The notes below the pieces were generated by a model. That model had not been told where the DNA came from, made no database searches, and worked only from the letters and a program-made list of their open reading frames with translations. 52,776 bases of DNA from positions 1 through 52,776 of the forward strand of contig CALRFZ010000001.1 of NCBI GenBank assembly GCA_943357015.1, written 5' to 3'. This DNA is from Candidatus Staskawiczbacteria bacterium (GTDB lineage: Bacteria; Patescibacteriota; Minisyncoccia; Minisyncoccales; Staskawiczbacteraceae). This document shows positions 49,051 to 52,776 of this stretch, piece after piece; position 1 is the stretch's first letter; each line of letters begins with the position of its first letter. A program made the translations under genes and the position numbers.

Positions 49051-49662
49051 ATGTCTCAAGACGCCAAGCTCGTGTCTCGTATCGCCGAGTGCCTTCCTGA
49101 GATGTCCAAGGAGCAGAAACAGGGGTGGATCGAAAACCCCAAACGGCTCCAGCAGGTCCTCCAAGTCTTGGCCGAGATTCCTTCCGACCCTAAGGTCTGG
49201 AAGCGGATCACCATCGGTACGGGACTGAACACCGACGGCCTTCGTCAGGCCATGAAGGACAAGGGCATGCGTATTAGTGACTGGGCCAACGACATCCTCG
49301 GCAAACCCGCCTTCAGCGTGGCTACCGAAAAGATGGATGTGGACCTCGTCGTCGTCAGTGTCGAGGACTTGGGCTTCAAGGACGGAGCTACGCTCAAAGA
49401 CATCTACGCGGCCGCCAAAAAGCGTGGCCTCGAGCTCTGCCCAAACGAAGTCGGTCCCCAACTGCGTCTGCAGTACAAGGATCAGCCGAAAGACGAGTGG
49501 TTGCTTATCGGCATGGAGTCGTTTACCGTCTCGGACGGCGATCTCCGCGTGTTCCACGTCGCGCACGATGGCAGCGTTCTGTGGCTCTACACGTTCTATG
49601 ACTACCCGGACGGCCTCTGGCGCGGCAGCGATCGCTTCGTGTTCGTTCTCCCGCGCAAGTAG
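49051..49662 (+). CDS. DGR target protein 2 (203 aa)
   Basis: ATG at 49051 with AAAGGA RBS and the same CGCCATG context as target 1 (ORF-track start 48979 lies in the leader hairpin); carries VR2. Confidence 0.9.
   Translation: MSQDAKLVSRIAECLPEMSKEQKQGWIENPKRLQQVLQVLAEIPSDPKVWKRITIGTGLNTDGLRQAMKDKGMRISDWANDILGKPAFSVATEKMDVDLVVVSVEDLGFKDGATLKDIYAAAKKRGLELCPNEVGPQLRLQYKDQPKDEWLLIGMESFTVSDGDLRVFHVAHDGSVLWLYTFYDYPDGLWRGSDRFVFVLPRK
49522..49658 (+). repeat. DGR variable repeat VR2
   Basis: 137-nt ungapped match to TR with 23 mismatches, all opposite TR adenines. Confidence 0.96.
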
Positions 49663-49737
49663 CTTCAGGTTGCTCTTGGTCTCTTGGATCTTCTGCCCTT
49701 TATTGGACATTTGGTTCCTTGAAACTCGGAAACAACA

Positions 49738-49782
49738 AACCCCTCAATGCAAACGGAAATTGCAAAGAGGGGTTCTTTTTTT
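49738..49782 (+). terminator. Hairpin/terminator after target 2
   Basis: AACCCCTC..TGCAA...TTGCA..GAGGGGTT followed by CTTTTTTT. Confidence 0.7.
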
Positions 49783-50028
49783 AAATCAATATGATAGTAT
49801 ATAAATCGGATAGTAGGCTATTATCAAGTCTGCGGTTACGGCTTCAGGCAGCCGAATTCTATATTTCAGGACTATGCAGAATCAAGGCGGTTACGGCTTC
49901 TTTGAGCGTCATACCTGATTAGTAAAAAATGAAGATACTTGGTGTAAAGCGTTAGGGTATAAAAGATACCGAATCAATTCAGCCCTGAGAGTATTCGAGG
50001 GGTGGTGGCAGGGGGAGACGCTTTATAC

Positions 50029-50165
50029 ATTACCGACTCGGACGGCGATCTCAACGTGTTCAACGTCGAACACAATGACAACGATCTGTGGCTCAACACG
50101 AACTATGACAACCCGGACAACATCTGGAACAGCAACAATCGCTTCGTGTTCGTTCTCCCGCGCAA
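50029..50165 (+). repeat. DGR template repeat (TR)
   Basis: AAC-rich copy (9 AAC and 2 AAT codons in the VR frame) of both VRs; differs from them only at A; identity ends at CCGCGCAA(C vs G). Confidence 0.96.
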
Positions 50166-50177
50166 CTCTCTTTATTT

Positions 50178-50202
50178 CTCCGCTTCAAAAGGGCGGAGTT
50201 TT
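50178..50202 (+). other. Hairpin 3' of TR (spacer structure or terminator)
   Basis: CTCCGCTT-CAAAA-GGGCGGAG followed by TTTT. Confidence 0.6.
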
Positions 50203-50530
50203 ACTTAACAGATTTAATCCAACCTCCGAGCATTTTCCCCACTTCAAGTAATTTTTCAGAAAGATTGATATATTTTTTATCGTCCAGCGATCGAATCTCC
50301 CAGGCAACCTGCAGGAAAAATTTGAGCAAGTCTAATTTAACAGAGGCACGTTTCAGAAAAATCTCTTTTTCTGCTTTATCAGAGTACCCGGCTTTTATGA
50401 CATTTTCTATGACTTCTAAAAACAAGCCATCAATTTTTTGTCCAAGGGTGTGGCGTGAATCTCTTGAGAAATTGGGCAGGATTTCATGCCACAGTTTGTA
50501 AATCAAAACCAACTTTTGGATTATGCTCAA
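50201..50530 (-). CDS. avd: DGR accessory variability determinant (Avd-like four-helix bundle)
   Basis: FSRDSRHTLGQKID, LDLLKFFLQVA, EVGKMLGGW; sits between TR and RT; TTG start uncertain. Confidence 0.85.
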   Translation of the reverse strand: MSIIQKLVLIYKLWHEILPNFSRDSRHTLGQKIDGLFLEVIENVIKAGYSDKAEKEIFLKRASVKLDLLKFFLQVAWEIRSLDDKKYINLSEKLLEVGKMLGGWIKSVK

Positions 50531-50571
50531 ACCAAAAGGCTGGCTGGGGGGGGGTTAGAGGAAACGTTTTT

Positions 50572-51567
50572 ATGAAAATTAGACTGGACCATAAATTTGA
50601 AGATTTAATTGGTATGTTAAACCTGCTTTTGGCGTGGGAGGAGTTTATCAGGGGTAAACGAAACAAGAAAGACGTCCAAGAGTTCTATATGAACCTAATG
50701 GATAACATACTATCACTTCATTATGATTTGTCCAACAAAACATACAGCCACGGAGGATATGAGGAATTTAATATCTCCGACCCAAAGCCTAGGATTATAA
50801 ATAAAGCCAGCGTCCGGGACAGGCTTTTGCATCACGCTGTGTATAGAATATTGTATCCTTTCTTTGACCAAAAATTCATATCAGATTCTTTTTCCTGCCG
50901 TGATGAAAAAGGAACTCATAGGGCGCTTGAAAGGTTCACCTATTTTTATGGCAAAGTCAGTAGAAATAAAACAAGGACATCTTGGGTGTTAAAGTGTGAT
51001 ATTAAAAAATTCTTTCACTCAATCAGCCACCAAACACTATCAAAAATTCTCGAAGAGTGTATTCCAGACAGAGACATTATAAATCTTTTACGGGAGATAA
51101 TTATCAGTTTTAATTCAGGCAAAGCGGGTGTGGGTTTACCGCTGGGGAATTTAACCTCACAGCTTTTTGCTAACGTGTATATGAATGAGTTTGACCAATT
51201 TGTGAAGCACAAACTGAAAGTAAAATACTATATCAGATATGCGGACGATTTTGTGATTTTGTCAGAGAATAAAAGTTATTTGAACGAAATAATTCCGGCT
51301 ATCAGTAATTTTTTGCAAAATAATTTGAGCCTAACCTTGCACCCCGATAAAATCTACATTAAGACACTATATTCCGGTGTAGATTTTCTGGGGTGGGTGA
51401 ATTTCCCAAACCATAAAACTATCAGGAATCGGACAAAAAATAGGATACTAAAGCGGATTAAGGAAAACAGAAATTCAAAGACCTTGAGTTCTTATATCGG
51501 CCTACTTAAGCATGGTAATACTCGCACAGTTAAAGAAAGGGTCTTAAAATTATATGCTGAAAGTTAA
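50572..51567 (+). CDS. DGR reverse transcriptase (331 aa)
   Basis: PKPRII, RDRLLHHA, KCDIKKFFHSI, GLPLGNLTSQLFANVY (DGR-type SQ), YIRYADDF, DFLGW; ATG at 50572 preferred over 50455. Confidence 0.95.
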   Translation: MKIRLDHKFEDLIGMLNLLLAWEEFIRGKRNKKDVQEFYMNLMDNILSLHYDLSNKTYSHGGYEEFNISDPKPRIINKASVRDRLLHHAVYRILYPFFDQKFISDSFSCRDEKGTHRALERFTYFYGKVSRNKTRTSWVLKCDIKKFFHSISHQTLSKILEECIPDRDIINLLREIIISFNSGKAGVGLPLGNLTSQLFANVYMNEFDQFVKHKLKVKYYIRYADDFVILSENKSYLNEIIPAISNFLQNNLSLTLHPDKIYIKTLYSGVDFLGWVNFPNHKTIRNRTKNRILKRIKENRNSKTLSSYIGLLKHGNTRTVKERVLKLYAES

Positions 51568-51633
51568 AGATTTCTTATTTAGCCAGCTGTTGGTAACTAT
51601 GCTTCCCAAATCCCAATTATTAAGCTATAAGGG

Positions 51634-52776
51634 TGCATAACCTCACATACATCTTGGACTCTTTGAGGCCAAAATAGTATGCCGTTTTTTCACAAAATTC
51701 ATTGTAAGTACAAAGGTGTCAAAGGATTTATCACTGCCTACCAAGATGGGGTAAGATGGCAGTATATGATTACACAAAAAGCACAAAAGAAATTTAAAGC
51801 ACTCGTATTTTGGGAAAATCATGGCTTAAAGGCAACAATAGATGCCTTTGGAGTAAAAAGATCAACCTTGTTTGAGTGGCAAAGTAAATTCAATAAAGGG
51901 GGTAAAAAGCCCGAAGCTCTCAACGAAAAGAAAACTACACCCAAAACAAAAAGAAAGAGAATCTGGCCGTTTGAAATTCGTCAAAAGATCAAACAAATCC
52001 GTCGCAATCCAGTTTGCCCTAACCTTGGGCCAGAAAAGATTTTTCCTTTATTGCAGGTGTTTTGCAAAGAGCAAAACCTCATATGTCCCAGCTCTGCCAC
52101 CATCACCCGCATCATCGCCGATGACCCTGAAAAGATGCGCATATTCCCACAGCATGTATCTTATTTTGGCAAGATTAAAAAAGCCAATCGAAAAAAGGTT
52201 CTCCGCAAGCCAAAACACCTGCGCCCCGAGTATCCGGGCCACCTGATTGCCCTAGACACCATTGAAAAATTCATCGACGGCACGCGTCGCTACATTATTA
52301 CTTTTGAAGATATTTACAATCGATTTTCTTTTGCTTGGGCCACTACCAGTCATGCGTCCAAAGCCGCCGAGGAGTTTTTTGGTCTTTGTCAGAAAGCTTT
52401 TCCTTATTCGTTTAATTTTCTTTGGGTACTGACCGATAACGGTTCGGAATTTAAAAAACATTTTTCAGAAAAACTGAGAGAACTTCATTTAACTCACTAC
52501 CACACTTATCCTCGCACACCCAAAATGAATGCTCACGTGGAACGATTCAATCGCACCATTCAAGATGATTGGATTGATTGGCATATCCAAGATTTAAAAG
52601 ATCCTAATGTTTTTAACCGAGACCTAATGGATTATCTGATTTTTTACAACACCAAGCGAGTGCACTTTGCTTTCCAAAACAAACTCTCTCCAGTACAATT
52701 TATGATACAATGGCAAGAAAGCCGACCAGTTATTTTTAATCCAATCGAAAAGTCCAGAAGTGGGTGGGGTTATACA
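51634..52776 (+). mobile_element. IS481-like insertion sequence (1143 bp)
   Basis: Left end TGCATAACCTCACATACATCTTGGACT versus reverse complement of the window end TGTATAACCCCACCCACTTCTGGACT (imperfect terminal IRs); single DDE transposase. Confidence 0.8.
51679..52776 (+). CDS. DDE (rve/integrase-core) transposase, IS481-like; no stop before the window end
   Basis: Manual translation, 366 open codons: HTH (AFGVKRSTLFEW), IALDT, LTDNGSEF, PRTPKMNAHVERFNRT, YNTKRVH. Confidence 0.88.
   Translation, partial: MPFFHKIHCKYKGVKGFITAYQDGVRWQYMITQKAQKKFKALVFWENHGLKATIDAFGVKRSTLFEWQSKFNKGGKKPEALNEKKTTPKTKRKRIWPFEIRQKIKQIRRNPVCPNLGPEKIFPLLQVFCKEQNLICPSSATITRIIADDPEKMRIFPQHVSYFGKIKKANRKKVLRKPKHLRPEYPGHLIALDTIEKFIDGTRRYIITFEDIYNRFSFAWATTSHASKAAEEFFGLCQKAFPYSFNFLWVLTDNGSEFKKHFSEKLRELHLTHYHTYPRTPKMNAHVERFNRTIQDDWIDWHIQDLKDPNVFNRDLMDYLIFYNTKRVHFAFQNKLSPVQFMIQWQESRPVIFNPIEKSRSGWGYT

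Larger units (their letters stand above)
46239..52776. mobile_element. Putative tRNA-Asp-adjacent integrative island (serine recombinase, DGR, IS); right boundary not visible
   Basis: Large serine recombinase next to the tRNA 3' end, change in composition and accessory cargo; no att duplication found in the window. Confidence 0.6.

Noticed and set aside
49277..49804. 175-aa Ser/Arg/Thr-rich alternative-frame ORF (also 48044-48349, 48304-48486, 48658-48864)
   Set aside because: Off-frame readings of the GC-rich target genes with no motifs
48612..50165. Three similar repeats as a CRISPR array
   Set aside because: 137-nt repeats inside or near genes with A-specific differences, not repeat-spacer units; no CRISPR array seen in the window
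50002..50208. 68-aa Asn-rich ORF resembling a third target
   Set aside because: It is the TR read in the VR frame; it lacks the target N-terminus and the conserved leader
50455..50571. 39-aa N-terminal extension of the RT
   Set aside because: Overlaps avd antisense and has no RT-like content; ATG at 50572 is the more plausible start
50572..51567. Group II intron, retron or CRISPR-associated RT
   Set aside because: No maturase/endonuclease extension, no VTG retron motif, no cas genes; the TR/VR pairs and Avd explain it as a DGR
51872..52461. ORFs 51872-52246, 52048-52242 and 52252-52461
   Set aside because: Off-frame or antisense to the transposase, which the track missed because it has no stop

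Overview
AT-rich bacterial chromosomal window. Gene content and order (secA, secD/secF, sigma-HTH/delta-like protein, VirB4/TraG-like ATPase with CxxC-x17-CxxC tail, short pgk, short recJ, rnpB, murJ, lepA, DUF2914) suggest a Patescibacteria/CPR (Parcubacteria-like) genome; this is an inference. 1-19.2 kb: surface-polysaccharide/glycosylation cluster (glycosyltransferases, a fused RfbF-dehydratase, RmlC-like, WecA-like, DegT, CapD-like) interrupted by two stand-alone genes (Nudix, PP2C-like) and a four-helix-bundle pseudogene enclosed by inverted heptamer repeats. 19.3-45.3 kb: housekeeping genes and RNase P RNA. 45.5-46.2 kb: three tRNAs (two CAT, Asp-GTC) with a second repeat-flanked four-helix-bundle gene. 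From tRNA-Asp to the end is an island: a large serine recombinase, then a complete diversity-generating retroelement (DGR), then an IS481-like element whose right end coincides with the window end. The DGR has two tandem target genes, one 137-nt template repeat (15 and 23 VR mismatches, all at TR adenines), an antisense Avd and a reverse transcriptase. DGRs are a known class. The less familiar features here are the conserved structured leaders of both targets, an 8-nt periodic tract after both VRs, the head-to-head avd/RT layout around a G9 tract, and a wobble-supported RNA structure after tRNA-Asp. All calls come from manual motif reading, with no database searches.
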